Source: Epiperipatus broadwayi
Lineage: Eukaryota; Animalia; Onychophora
DNA length: 64,000 bases
Assembly (NCBI GenBank): GCA_028023455.1
Contig: JAQFVV010000001.1
Coordinates: forward strand, 6,820,001-6,884,000
Direction of reading: 5' to 3'
Below are positions 39,401 through 53,650 of the stretch, one piece after another. The notes under the pieces are model-generated. The model had not been told where the DNA came from and ran no database searches. It worked only from the letters and a program-made list of their open reading frames with translations. Both the position numbers and the translations under genes were made by a program. Numbering within the stretch: position 1 is the stretch's first letter; the number at the start of each line of letters is the position of its first letter.

Positions 39401-42011
39401 TTGAAATGAGACAATAGAATAGTTCAAGTCCAAGAAATAATAATAGATCTGCTTGAAAGTATACAGATATTTTTCTTCATCTAGAAGGTTGTCAAAGATA
39501 TGATTGGTATTCTATATCAAAAAACCAATATGATGATGAAAATCATAAATATGATATAATCTGTCATAGATATTGGAGAATCAATATGATAATGAAAATG
39601 ATAAGTAAAGCAAATGTCATTAAAAAATGGAATAGCTTGTATAATAGTTTTTAGAACTGTGTGTAATGGTTTAAAAATTTCTAATATAAATAATAATGAA
39701 GATGCTAAAAATGAGTTCAAAATAATTCTAGTTGGAATAAATGAATACTAAATATGCAATTGCCATTATGTATCACTTGATTCTTTAAGCTTATAATTCC
39801 TTTAAAATTATTTTATGGTTTAAGAAATAATTCTTGGCAGCCAAGATGAAATACTGATATAGAAAAAAATTATGTTAAAATAAATAAATACTCCAACTGA
39901 TAAAGTCGGAATAGATTTAAATTCAGACTAGATAACCATAATCATTTATTATCTTTAACATAAAGCCTTGATTACTAAATAAGGATAATTGCATCATCCA
40001 TTCATAATATCATGATGAGAGAGTAATAATTTAGGAAATCCTATATATGTCTAGGGTGTAATGCATGATAATACTTTCTGATTAATATCCTCCAACATTA
40101 TCTATTTTTTAGCTGGGATAAATTTTTACTGGTAAAGAATATATTAATGAATAACTGAGGCAATAGTTTTTATTGTAAATAATGAATACTATAAAATTAG
40201 TGGAGAAATAGTTTTATTACATTCTAATTCTGCTTTTATTACTTTTTTTTTTAAATGTAAAAAGTTAATTAAAAGCAGGCTACTGAAGATATTATTAAAT
40301 TTTGATTAAAGTAGCATTAAAATAATTTAAACCATCAAATTAAAAATGAATATATTAAGAAAAAATTATTAAACCAACATTTTATATATTTAAAGTAAAC
40401 TATTTACATCCATCAAATTACATGAAGATGAACTAATCCAAATGTCATATAATTAATGGTTAATAAATAATAATGCCAAATATATTCCAAGATTAATATT
40501 TAATTATTGATCTTTTACTCATTGTGCTACCTTAAATTACTGTTTAAACACTCTAAAGTTGTGAATCCAAGCACACTTGCCTTCTTAGGTGCGATATATG
40601 GGCTTAATACTTAGTATCTTCAATTATCAGCTTCGATCTTTTGAAAAAAATAATCCTTCCCATTGATTATTCATGCTTACATGGATAGCTCATGAGCAGA
40701 GAGATGTTAAAAAAATCACAATTTATTCTGTTTTGAGAAATATTGTGTGTATGTACGTATATTGTAATAGATATTAACTGTTCATGTGTTCCTATATTAG
40801 ATCCAGATTAATTCAATAAATTCAAAATCTCTTTAATGGAATTATGTCATATAAATTTAATGCATCTCAAGGAAAATAATACTGATAATAGCTATTCTAA
40901 AACTTAGTGCAATTTACTGAATAAACCAATTGTATTTAAAATGTGATAATTCTCTTCAAACTGTTGTAGAATAAAAGTTGTAATGATGGGATTCAATACA
41001 ATCAAATTATAAAGTACATTATATTACTAAAGGAAAAACAAATTATGTAACATAGCACAATAACATATTCATAGCATTTAGTTTTGTTTACTAAACATCA
41101 ATTCTCCCAATCACAAAAATTTTTCATAAGATAGAAATATTGCAATACATATAATAAACAATAAAATCATATTTATAAACTATTATAATTACTAAAGCTA
41201 TAAAAAAATTAATAGGATTATGACAAGTATTTTAAAACTTTTCTACCTGTAAAATCTGGCCAAATTAAAATATTAATTAAGTTGCCTTTTTTTAATGTTT
41301 CTATGAATGAATAATTTTACTACAAAAAGTATATATATATTAATTGTATTAACAAAATGAAATAATATAGGTGTTTCATGAGAGTACCATGATGCATGAC
41401 ACATTGTTGCATAATATAAATCAGATTTCATTCATTTTATTTTATAAACCATATAATATTGAGATTTTGGAATTTTATTTAACTAATTCATATAAAAGTG
41501 CCACATACATCGAGAGTATACCATAAATGATCAAATATGGCATATTCACAATAAATTATGAAATAAGTGAATGCAAATTAATATTTAGCAGAATTAACAC
41601 GAAAATATACATCAATATCAAAATATAAGTGGAAAATACAAATGAATAAAAGTGAAGATGCTCATAGAACTTATTAAATAGTAAGTGTATTATAACCTTG
41701 TGCTTTTCACATTGTTTTTTGTACATGCTATAATAAAGTAATTTGCTATGTTTGTTAATATTTTTTTAAAAAAATAGTAAACAATAAATAATTTAAAGAG
41801 ATGAGTTTTGTTGTATGCAGGTTACTTTATCAACCTGAATGCAAAATACATGCCATTATTAAATAGTCAAAATAAGTCATAGATCACATGACCCTATCTC
41901 TTAAGCTTGTAAGTTATAAACAATGAGAATTGCCAATTCCTCTGCAAGCTTTGTGATAAATGCTTAGCCAGAGCCAGCACTTAAAATATCTGTCAGGAAC
42001 CCCTCCCCAAA

Positions 42012-42052
42012 CCCCTGACCATGGTTTCGTGCTTTGGCACTCCTCAGAGAGG
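42012..42052 (-). ncRNA. Minimal type I hammerhead ribozyme, family B (fully canonical)
   Basis: Minus strand: CCTCT CTGAGGA GTGC caaa GCAC GAAAC CATG GTC/ AGGGG; all core nucleotides, G-C first pair of stem II, palindromic stem III ACCATGGT, GUC triplet. Confidence 0.88.
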
Positions 42053-42333
42053 TGTCAGGGTAGGTTCAGACACTAGATCTAAAAATACCAACCCAAAGCC
42101 AAGCACTTATCTAAAAATTATCTATTGAGTGGAAAATCTGAAATTTTCAGACATCTACATGAGCGGTGGCTGAAGATCTATCAGCCCCATATAGCTATTT
42201 GAGTTGGATAGCTGGATTTGAAGACATGTAGATGTCTGAAAATTTCAGATTTTCCACTCAATAGATATTTTTTAGATAAGTGCTTGGCTTTGAGTTGGTA
42301 TTTTTAGATCTAGTGTCTGAACCTATCCTGACA

Positions 42334-42374
42334 CCTCTCTGAGGAGTGCCAAAGCACGAAACCATGATCAGGGG
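42334..42374 (+). ncRNA. Hammerhead, family B, one stem III mismatch
   Basis: CCTCT CTGAGGA GTGC caaa GCAC GAAAC CATG ATC AGGGG (GTC to ATC). Confidence 0.72.
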
Positions 42375-45300
42375 TTTGGAGAGGGGTTCCTAACAGTGAT
42401 ATTTTAAATGCTGGCTCTGGCTTGTAGAAGAATTGGCAATCCTCTTTGTTTACATGCCATTATTGTTTCTTATCTGTATAATTAGTTAGTAATTCTAATT
42501 GTTTAAAATATTTTGTTAAAATAGTTTTCATTATAGTAATACATGTACTTGTATGAAGTTAAAATGTAGCTAAAAGTTGTAAGTGTAAATAATATTGAAT
42601 AAATTAATTATTTAAATTAAGTCTTCATTTAATAAAGTTATTTCCTAAAATAAATATTTTAATTTAAACAATGCTTGTTAAACTATATTTAAATAATAGT
42701 AGGTTGCTTTAAGAAATTAGGTAGTAGTTTAATTTCTAACTAGTTATTTAAGATTGGTATTTTAATATAATAAAGTTTATTAAGACAACTAAATTTCAAT
42801 AAAATTTGTCCATATAATTACATAATAGATTTAGTTATTTAAATCAACCTCAAATTAGTTAATAAAGTAACTCTAAATTAAAGAAATAGTTAACTTCCTG
42901 TTTATGTGTGCTCATCTTTGTGCTTGCTTACTTCCGTTTTGCTCTGGTGTGTGTTCAGTTTATCATCTACTCTGCTTACTGCTGCTTTGAATGAATTCCT
43001 GTGCAACATCAAGAATAGTAATATTTTTATATATCTTTCTTTTATTTTAATCAAAGTTAAAGTATTAATTTTATTAGTTTAAAACCTACAATGTTGTGCT
43101 AACCAGCTAAAGGTATTCTTGCTTTATTCTGTACCTTACTTCAATTTTAGAGCTTTCTTATTTTAAACTACTAACAAAAATGCCACGGAAAAATAATTTA
43201 GTCATAAAAAGTATTTTTTTTTTTTTTTTGCTTAATTATAAACTTTAAAATAAACCAGGTGATATATTTCATAATGATAATCCATAAACTTATGCAGGAC
43301 AATGCACTAATTCATTTGATTATTATCCATTATTATTTTAAAAGAAAATTGAAACTCAAAGCCAAGGGCTTATATTACTTAAACTTCAAAATATAAATAA
43401 TCTGCTATGCTGACCACTTTTATCATATGAACTGCTTAAAACAATTAATTATGTCATATTAATTATAATGAATATCATACAATGCTTACCTCTAAAAAAA
43501 TTAATTATGCAATTATATTAAAAAATAACTTAATTGTCTTTAGCACCAGAGGAACTGCTATTTAAATATATTTTCTGTCTCCAAATTTGTGCTATTTAAA
43601 TAAAATATTTGCGAGAAAACCTGGAATTAACAAACTTCTCTGGATAAAAAAAATATATAAGTAATTTTGTATTCTTCGTTCTTTCCGAAATTTTAATTAT
43701 AAATGTTATAAGGATGTGAATGAAGAAAACTTTGAAATGTATTTGTTTACTTAAAATAGTTTGCAATAATAATCCACAAGGATGTTTGATATGCACTGTT
43801 GTTTGCAGACTATTCAGTTTGTTTTTTCAAGGAAATATTGTTAAAATTCAAATACCTATGACTTTTATTATTTTGTTAAATGTGCTGTTTTGTGTGCTTC
43901 TTTTAAATATAAAGAAGTTGTAGATATTTTTCTAATTCTACTGAAAATCATGAATCCAGAAAATTTTCTATAAAATGTTACACTCCGACGTAGTTAAATA
44001 TCTATTTCTAGCTAATTAGCCAATTTCTTTCAATATTAATAAATTTCATGTTTAAATATAATTTAGGATTAAGAACTTTTAAATGCTTATATTATGTTTA
44101 TCTGGAATTATATTTGCTACTTTCAAAAATTTTATTCTTCATTAGTATGATCATTTCCTTACATGGACAACCCGCTAATGAAAAATTTGTTATTGAGCTA
44201 AGATGTTTTTTAATATATATACACACAATTTTTTTTTATTATTTTAATATTATGATATTCTTATCATTATGTCATGTGTCAAGGTAGTTTTATTGCTATT
44301 GTAATGGGTTTATGCTAGAATGTGTTGGTATTTCCACATATTCTCAGGTAAAATTTTATACATTTCATTATGTGCTGGTTTATTAAATTTTACAATATTT
44401 TATCTATTAGAGATATTCATTTCTTACATTTATTTTCTCTTAAAAGGTTTATGAGTGTTTCAGTCACTCATTGGTAAAACAGTTTTAAAAGTGTTTATCA
44501 GAAGTCTAATCTATTGATAATTATTATAATATAGCTTACCATTATATACCAATTTAATTGCATATTTAACCGCTACATAGTACTTTACTTTATTTTGCAT
44601 TATGTTCTCTTTATTTATTTAAATTTCATATTACATAATGTGTATATGCATGTATTTTGTTATCTATTGCCAAAATTTTATTGCACTCTTAATTTTTAAA
44701 TAATTTTAGTTGTTTGACTAACCGCTATTGTTGGTTTAAGAGATTGCTCATTGTTTTGATAATTTTATGTGTATATTAATTTTTCATCTTATTAGTGTTG
44801 TTATTTTGCTATTGTTTTGGTACGAGATGTTTGCCTTAGAAAATGACCTATTTTATGATTTATTGTGCCTTGTGGGATTGAGCTCTCCTCATGGTTTGTT
44901 TCTTCCATGAGCTGATAGTGCTTTGTATTTTTATGATAGTTATCACTCATTATTATTATTAGATACCTAAATCCCTTCAAGGATTATATATACTTGGTGT
45001 GTCTTTCCACATTTTTCTGATGTGCTGTGACAAAGTCCAGGCACCATCTTTTGCTTTAGATATAGGTATTTGGAAGTCACCATTCTTATGGATATTTTCT
45101 TGCTTTGTGGAGCCTGTTTTTGTCTATCACTTATGATGAACTTTTATATTTTCCATCACAATAGGTGGAGTTATCTTTATATTAGAATTGACATGGCAAT
45201 GATTAGTACGTTTATGAAAAGTTCGTTCTTTTGGTTGCACTATGTACAGTGCTTTGGGTTGCATAATAATGTCTGTATTGTGTTGCTGTGTTGTTGGTCA

Positions 45301-47143
45301 GCCACAAGTAAACCAACAATTTATTTATACCTTTTAAACATTTAATATTTAGCACTTGATATTTAGATAATACATACACTTTATGTTAGCTATATACCCA
45401 CCTGGATCACCTCACCGATGGATTTGTAAGTTATTTAATATTTGAATATTATTATTATTATGTGGATGGTAATTTGGTATGATTTATGTGCATGACTTCT
45501 GGTAAATAGCCCACATTTTCATTTAAAAATTTATGTAGAAGTTTTAAAACAATGCTAGGCAATCTTAGTTAAGTTGTCTAAATCTTATAATTACTGATAT
45601 TCTACCAGCCTGCTTATTCAAACCCAGCTAGTGTATAATGCAATATAATTTAGTTGCCTAGATTCCATAATTATTAGTATTATATTAGTCTATTATTTAT
45701 TAAGCTCAATTAATTTTTATCTGGCCTAATTGTATGCTAATCTGCCTTTTAAGGCTATATCAAAAATTGCTTGACAAAATGTGTATTTTCGATTGGATTA
45801 TGGCTGTTTAGTATAAATTATAGTTTTGGTATTACTTATTTCAATTTTTTTTTAATTATTCATGAGCTAATTTAAAATACAAATTAAGTTTATTGTTAAA
45901 CCAATATCTCATGGGAATATTTGATGTATAACAGCCAAAAGATTTGTATTTGAACCTTAGTAAATCTGTTGATCAAGGTCTGAATGCGCTTATGTGCATT
46001 AATTTTAACTATCTGTAACAACACTTATGATTGCAAATAATTCCAAACATTTGATATAAATAAAAATTGTATACATATTATTTTTATATTTAATTATTAA
46101 TAAATTGAATTGTTATTATTTTAAAAGTATTTAATTTCTGTTTTCTGTTTGTCATTTGTCTTGAATTCATTAAATTTTATTAGTCCATTAAAGTTTACTA
46201 TTTGCAAAGAGCACAGTGATCACAATTCTGATTTCTATTAGAAATCTGGGCAAAAGATAATCCAATTTTGCAGTTCCAAAACTTGACATTTCCAGTAAGA
46301 ATCTTCACAGAAACTCCTCAATTCCAAAGATTGGAATTGCCTATAAGAAAAATTAAATATTAAATATTTTAAGATAGTCAGATTAATATAATTCTTGGTT
46401 GAAGATTATTCAAGCTACTTTCAGACTGCATTCATTATTAATCATTTCTTTATAATTTAAAGATATAATCATTGCACTTTATAATTTAGTTTGTGTTGTC
46501 CAAGGAATAATAGAAAGATATAAAATGTATTCTTTTCTTTCTATTGATTTTGAATGATATCCTGTATAAATGGCTATGATTATTCTGAATTTAGTATATT
46601 CTATTATGCAATTATTTAGCAAGTTAAATGTTATCTTTGTGTAATTATTTCTATCGTGACAAAATATTGGGAAGCATTTTCTTATAAGAGAAGTATATAG
46701 TTCCTATAGTCTCCCAAGATATTAGTCATTTATTTAGCTACCAATGATTAAAGAATTCCTGAAAGATATTTAGAACCCTGATATTATCATTATTGTTATT
46801 ATATTTTTATTACTGAATACATCATTCATTTAAATTACATTATTGTTATGTCAAAAGACACTTTAATTATTCCATGTACTATTAGAAAAGTACTCTGCAT
46901 TATATTTTTATTTTTTACTCTGCAAGAATAGAGTATTTGAATTCATGTTTTCTTTTACTCTATTCTGTGACAAATATTAAATATTGATGATGTTTCAGAT
47001 GAAGATTGATATGTTTCTGTTGGTGCAAATAACTTATATACACAGGGAATATATTTTGATAGAGGGGAATTTAGATTTTAAAAGTATTTTAAAAATAAGA
47101 GTAAAGATTATTCCTCTCTTTAATTTCATTTGTAATTATTTAT

Positions 47144-48399
47144 GATACTCATCTTATAGCTAAAGACGCCACTCTATGGTGCTGTTTTCACGCTAAAACA
47201 CATAAAAATGCTGTTTCTGCGGCCGACACGTTCGAACCCGCGTTTTCTATAATACAACTTTTTTGTTGTGCTACAGAATGCAGGCCGCTATGTCGTGTCG
47301 CAGTATAGCATGTATGTCGCATCACAGCAAATACATTTTCAGAATTCGCACAGTATATAAAGTAGTTACGGCTTGATGAGAGAGTATGTATTTGAATTGG
47401 ATGGAAATGTTTTCATTTGAGTTTTTTTATTTTAAAGTATTGAAATGTTCAGATTTTTTAAAGTAATAATTCTAAGACTTTTTACAACATACTGTATTGA
47501 AGTTTTAATTGGGAAAATGTTAAAGATCTATGTTTTTAGTGAGTTGCAATTAGGTAACGCGTCAAGTAACGTACTGTTCGTAACATTCCATGAGACAAAG
47601 AAGATTCTACCATGTGTATATTTTTGAAGTAAAAAAGAGCGGTACCAAAAAAATATCCAGTAAGAAAAGTACAAATATGCACATTTTTTAGTAAATTTCA
47701 TAAATAATATAAACATGTTTAATAAGTAAAGAAGACATTTATATGTGTTTGTTGTTGTTTAAAAAAGTTTGAGTTTCTTTCTTTTGTCCGAGTACGGTTA
47801 TGATTTTGATATTTTTTATTTTAGCATTACAAACAGAACATTAACCCTAAAACTAACCCTAAACCTAACCCTAAAACTAACCCTAAAGATAACCCTAAAC
47901 CTAACCGTAACAACTTTTACTTTTTATTGTCATTCTATTTGAAGTAAAAAATAGCCTTAATATCTCTTTGTAAAAAAAAAAAGAAAATAAAACGACGACT
48001 AAAAAAATAAAAAATAGACTAAGAAATTTTACTTTTTATTACAATTATTATTTTTTAGTTAAACAACAACAAAAAAAGTCTTAACACAAGTAAAAAAATA
48101 TCCGATAGAAAATTGATAAAAAAAAAAGCCGTAACACAATTAAAAATATATACGATAGAAAAAACACGAATCAAATTGTAATTTGTTGATTTTATTTTAC
48201 ATTTATTATTATCATTTAAATTGTATACGTTAATAAAAAATAATATTTATAAAAGACGATTTTGTTTTGTTTTTATTTTCGCATTACAAAAAAGCACAGC
48301 AAAATTATTATAATCAACGGCCCGGGAATAGTCATATTTTATAGTTTTAGCGTGAAAACGGCACCATCTAATGGCATCTTTATCTATAAGACAAGCACC
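47144..48399 (-). mobile_element. 1.3-kb non-autonomous TIR element, copy 2 (inverted relative to 9352-10685)
   Basis: Colinear reverse-complement similarity over both TIRs, the CpG-rich subterminal block and the CCCTAA tract. Confidence 0.8.
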
Positions 48400-51300
48400 T
48401 TATTTATTATCTATTAAACATTGTTATAGTTGCTTTAACATTTTTTCCTTTGCCTTGATAGATGTCTCTGAAGTATCCTTTTTTTTATTGTAACCACCAC
48501 CAAGTCTAGTCCATGTCCCAGACATAAGAGTCTCTACTTGTATTTATAGTATTAACCTAACCTACCAATATTATAGAATCTACTCCTAATAATAACTCTC
48601 TCTCGGATTGTCCCTGCTCCTCTCTTTTATAGATTACAATATATACATATAATTATGACAAAAATAAGAAAATAAAATGAGATTGATATGAATGGTGTCT
48701 TGTCTTTTGCTATATTATGGAGTAATTCACTTTAATAAAAAAGATAAGCATCTCAGAACTATAACTGCATCTATTGAAATATGTTGAAAATATTAATGCA
48801 GTTATCTTCCATCCTCCTTATTTATGATAAACAATAAGATTGTAATATAAGTATTAAAAAAATCTAAATTGTTTGCACAAAATTTAAGCATAATAAAATA
48901 TCATATTTTTAGATAAATACTAATTAACAATATTGTTTATAAAATGTCCTCATGAATTTCATTAATTCATGTAATAGTTTTAAAGAATGTTGGCAAATAA
49001 TATTAAATATATTTATTAAGTGATTATTGTGAAATTAATTAAATTGAAATTTTAGGCATTAATATTTATTCAACAAGGAAGTATGATAAATTGTGTACAG
49101 ACAATCCATTTTATAACATCTGAACTATATTAGTTTTAAAATAAAATGCTTTGACTATATTTATAAATCATATGAATTAAGATATACTGAACTTTATAAA
49201 AGAATATGTATGTACTTCCTCATATATTTTATTTTAATAAAGTTTGAAATAATTTTAAATTCTACAATTAATAATAAATATATCTCGATTTTAAGATGTA
49301 CATAGACAAATGAAACAAACATTAAGAATAATGATTTCAAGAAATTAAACATTACATAGTATATAGCTTAATCAATATATATATATACTTTCAAGTTTTT
49401 TTGTTTTTATTAATGCATCTTTCAACTTAGCTCTATCGTATTACAACCTTCCAATGTGTTTCACTGTTTACAAGAAAGTCTCTGAATGGATACCATTCTT
49501 TGTACTAATATTTTACTTATAAATATTAACTTAAAATCAAAATTGCCTTTATTTTGTTGATAGATATTTGATAAGATGATGTTTAAATAATTAATCCACA
49601 AACAGAGAAAACTAACTCTGATGAATATTTAATTGATCTGGAAAAAAATTGTTTTAATGCACTCTTATTCTTGATTGTACTTGAATGTCTTCCATGCAAA
49701 TAATAACTATTTTAACAATATTAAATTAAAATATCTCCAATAATAACTTTACAAAAATATTTTATATGAAATATTTTTATGACATTTTTTTTACAGAATA
49801 ACAAAAACTTTGACTTTAATATTTTATATTCAATAACTAAAACTTTTTAAGAGGTATTTTTGATTTTCCTTCATGGTTAAAAAATTAAATTGTAATTTTA
49901 AAAAAAGATCAAATTAATATGTGATCTTATTTACAATTTAGCACAATAGAAAATATCTTTCTTTCACGCTGTTAAAATTAAATTTTAAAATTAAAATTCA
50001 AGAGCTTATATAAAATAAATCAAGTATTTGAATGCAATCTTCATCCCTCCGCATCCCAAATCCGGATCTATTTTAGAACAGGAAAATAAAGAAGAGCAAT
50101 AATAACAATATATATTTCATTTTAAAAAATGATTTTATTTAATTTATGTGTGATTAAATTGATTAATGTTTGTACAACTTACACTTTCATTTCAATTTGC
50201 ATATAATAATCAAAATTGTGTTTAAAGGAAAAAAATGTTTTTTTTAGTTTTTAATGCATTATTCATCAAATTAAATAAAAACATTGTTTATAAAATATTT
50301 TTGATATATATTATTTATTTTTTAGTATTCAGATATCTTTCAATTGACTTTTTGTAACTATTCATAATCAAACTTAGTAATTTAAAATCAAACCAATGTC
50401 ACACAATTTCCAGTATTTTAAATGAAATTCCTGCATATTAAAAATAATTTACAAAATGTTGGAGTTTATGAAGGCAATATTTTAAACATTTAAGTGAAAT
50501 TAAAACTTACATCTTTCATTTTTCTTAAAATTCGATTTAAATGTATCTTACAAATATATATTGTTATCTATTATGCACCATTGAAAACTTACTCAATCGA
50601 TACAAACGCAGTTTGAAATTCAGTTCACCAAGCCTAAAATATTGTAGTCATCTATACCTAAAGTGTAACAAACAAAATGTGTTTAAGTTAAATAAAAGCA
50701 TTTAATAAACATTTTTTTATAAAAATCTCTCCTTTGTGTGTTAAAAATTTTTATGTTGCAAAAGGAATTTTATTGTTAAAAACTTAATATATTTCAATAG
50801 AAATGAAAAAAAAAAACCAATATACAGAACTTGACATATTTACATTTAATTACAATTAGAAAAATTAAAAATTACCTATTGTTAAACATACAAAATTGTA
50901 ATAAATATACCAGACAATAAAAAAAATATTGAGAAATTATAGTTAGAACATCTCATTATAAGTTAGAGCACTGATTAATAAGTGTTCAATAGCTGCAGAT
51001 AATATCTGGAGAATTTTTTTTCTTTCTAGTTTGTTTTTAAAAGTGTTCATGTCTGGTCTTGTATCATGGTTGTAAAGAAATAAGCATATTACACATCATA
51101 GAGCATAAAGTATGAATGTGATGGTGCTTATTTCTGCATAGCAAACTTTTGGAAAAAAGTTATTGATTGAATTGTACTATTATTTTTCTGAAGTATTTTT
51201 GTGATGTATTACCAGGCATCTGGTAGACTATTACACTTAAAAAATAGGTGTTTTTGATCTTCCTTAAAACATAATTGACATATAATTTCTGTGATTTACC

Positions 51301-53056
51301 TTATACCTCAAAAAATATAATGTAGGCAAAGACCACATATTTATTTTGACCATAAAGTCAAAAATATTTTGACTCAAGAATCCAACATTTAAATCTTATC
51401 AGTTGCCTATTATTAATACCAAGCATTGGAAAGTTAGCCCCTTCATTTGTTTGAATATAAAAGAGGGTGAATTTTCCAATATTGCCATTTTTCTTGTGGA
51501 AATGTTATCCTAATATTTGTCATTAGGTTAATCAGTGCTAGAATTGTTTAAAGATGTTTTGTGAGGAGGCATATCTGTTGGTGTTATCTTAAGTAACATT
51601 TTCTCAATGTGGATATAATCTTCATTGCTGACATAAGCTTAATAAGTTTTTGGATCCTATAAACATAAATTGACTGTAAACCTAATCCATTTTGAACATT
51701 ATGAAACTGTAATTTTCTGAATAAAATTGTTACTGTGTTTTCCCCACAAGAGCCTTCTGCAAAGTGAATAAATATTTGAGATGAATAATTTTGTAAAGAA
51801 TATAAAGTAGTATGTTATTTTTGTGATAATCATATTAATAAGAGCTGCCTTAGAATAGAAAGGTTTTTTGAAAATGATGATATTAAGTGTTCTGTCAATT
51901 CCAACAATTTATCTTGTATTTGCTTTTACATAGCCATATTGTTCAGATAGAAAGGAAAACACAAATATATAGTTAGTAAGCCATGAAATATATCTGTGTA
52001 ACTTACTTGAGTATATGTACTATGCTTATGATTTGTCAGACTGAATTCAAGTTTATGGGAATTGGTAAATTCCTTCATGATTTTTATTAATATTGGAATT
52101 TTTTTAGCTCTAAGAAAGACTGTAATATTGTGCATGTATGCTATGCAGGTTATACAATGACTCAACATAGGAATATAGATGCCTGGAATTTACTTCTGTT
52201 TATATAAATACTTTAATTTCTTAATTAATGTGACAGAAGAATTAATACAAAAGGCACAAACAACAGTAGAGTGTCAGACTCCGAAGCTCAAAGGCCCATG
52301 GATCACAATCCACTTCTGACACTTCCATTGCTCAAACTTCTTATGAACTCCCAAATAAAAAATCATTCATTTATTTCATTTTATATAAAATGAAAACATA
52401 AATTAATTTATATAAAAATAAAATAAAACTTTAAGTATATAATAAATTTGCTTATTCACTCAAAATTCAGAATTTAATTAATTAAAGAAAATATTTTAAA
52501 GGTCACATGTAGTTCATATATATTTTTTGTCTTATTTGCTATGGAACCAAAATATCTATGTATGTAGGAATAGCTTGTATAATTTCAAAAATTGGAATTT
52601 CAATGTAGTAAGATTTATAATTTCATTTCCTGTGTAGTTATATCAATTTTCTTTTAAGAGCATCATTTTAGTTTATAAAATGTTAACATTAGAATGAGCT
52701 TAAGATAATGAGTTTTTCATATTATAGAAGGTTTGTGTTTAAACAAAGCAATAGAGACAATGTTTTTGCAGTAATTGAACAAATTTTCAACTTTATAAAA
52801 CTGCATTTAGAGTTTTAAAAATTTTTTGACTATTTAGTGTGTGATTAAAAAAATTTTTATTTCTAAAAGAAGTCTGAACTCGTATAATATAATAAAGTAA
52901 AATATTTCACTCTTTTTATGCCTCAATAACTTTTACAGATATAAAAGTGTTATAAGTTAAAAACTCCTCATTAATGGTCAAAAACTAGTAGTCCGAAGAT
53001 TTGGACTTAATAACACACCATCAAACTTACAATATATAGCTCTGGAATAGTGTAAT

Positions 53057-53650
53057 ACCAACTAATGAGTACTAATTCAGCATAAAATATGTATATTGGA
53101 GATCATTTATCTTTTCACATGTATGGTCATGTGCATCAGTTATATAAGATGAAGTGGATGACTGAAGGGAGCTTGAAAGTCTGTGTTCAAATCCCCTCTA
53201 ATTACATCTAGCTTAAATATATACACTAAACCTGTATTCAAATATTACAAATTCAGCCTGAATTCTGCCCATCCTTCTTCCGTGTATTTAAATGGACATA
53301 TTAAGGTTCTACATACGAGAGATCAGAATGGGTATGACAATAATATTGGCATCAACAAGGGCTTTGAGCTATCCCATCTCAGATTTTCAATGATATGGAT
53401 GACTGAAGAGTTGGAGAGGATTGAAGCCTGTCTACTAAAGCTTGAAGATTTGCTATCTTAATATAAACCGAGCACTGATAATATATATATGTGAGAGATG
53501 ATGATCTGGACCAACTGATGAGTGCTAGTTCAGCACGAAATATGTACGTTGGAGATCATTTATCTTTTTCTCATGTGTGTAGTCATGTGTATCCATTATA
53601 TAGGATGGAGTAGATGATTGAAGGGAATTTGAAAGATTGTGTTCAAATTC
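53057..53650 (+). mobile_element. Internally deleted PLE: two direct family-A repeats flanking an RT C-terminal fragment
   Basis: Hammerhead cores at 53062 (CTAATGA) and 53515 (CTGATGA); the intervening ORF 53183-53461 has IYTKP...SAHP (YxKPT...SxHP), also seen in the PLE remnant at 24998-25453. Confidence 0.78.

Larger units (their letters stand above)
41861..42450. mobile_element. Family-B hammerhead-bearing inverted-repeat PLE derivative, copy 1
   Basis: Arms about 41918-42161 and 42226-42450, 64-nt loop, tail 41861-41917, 14-bp direct repeat TACATGCCATTATT at 41847-41860 and 42451-42464. Confidence 0.9.

Noticed and set aside
51200-52200. Minus-strand PLE RT remnant
   Set aside because: A few loose motif matches (DPKTY, FKQMKG) amid many stops; not supportable by eye.
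53150-53200. tRNA-derived SINE head suggested by GTTCAAATCC at the end of family-A repeats
   Set aside because: No convincing A box or cloverleaf, and the motif is at the 3' end of a hammerhead-bearing pLTR rather than a 5' head.
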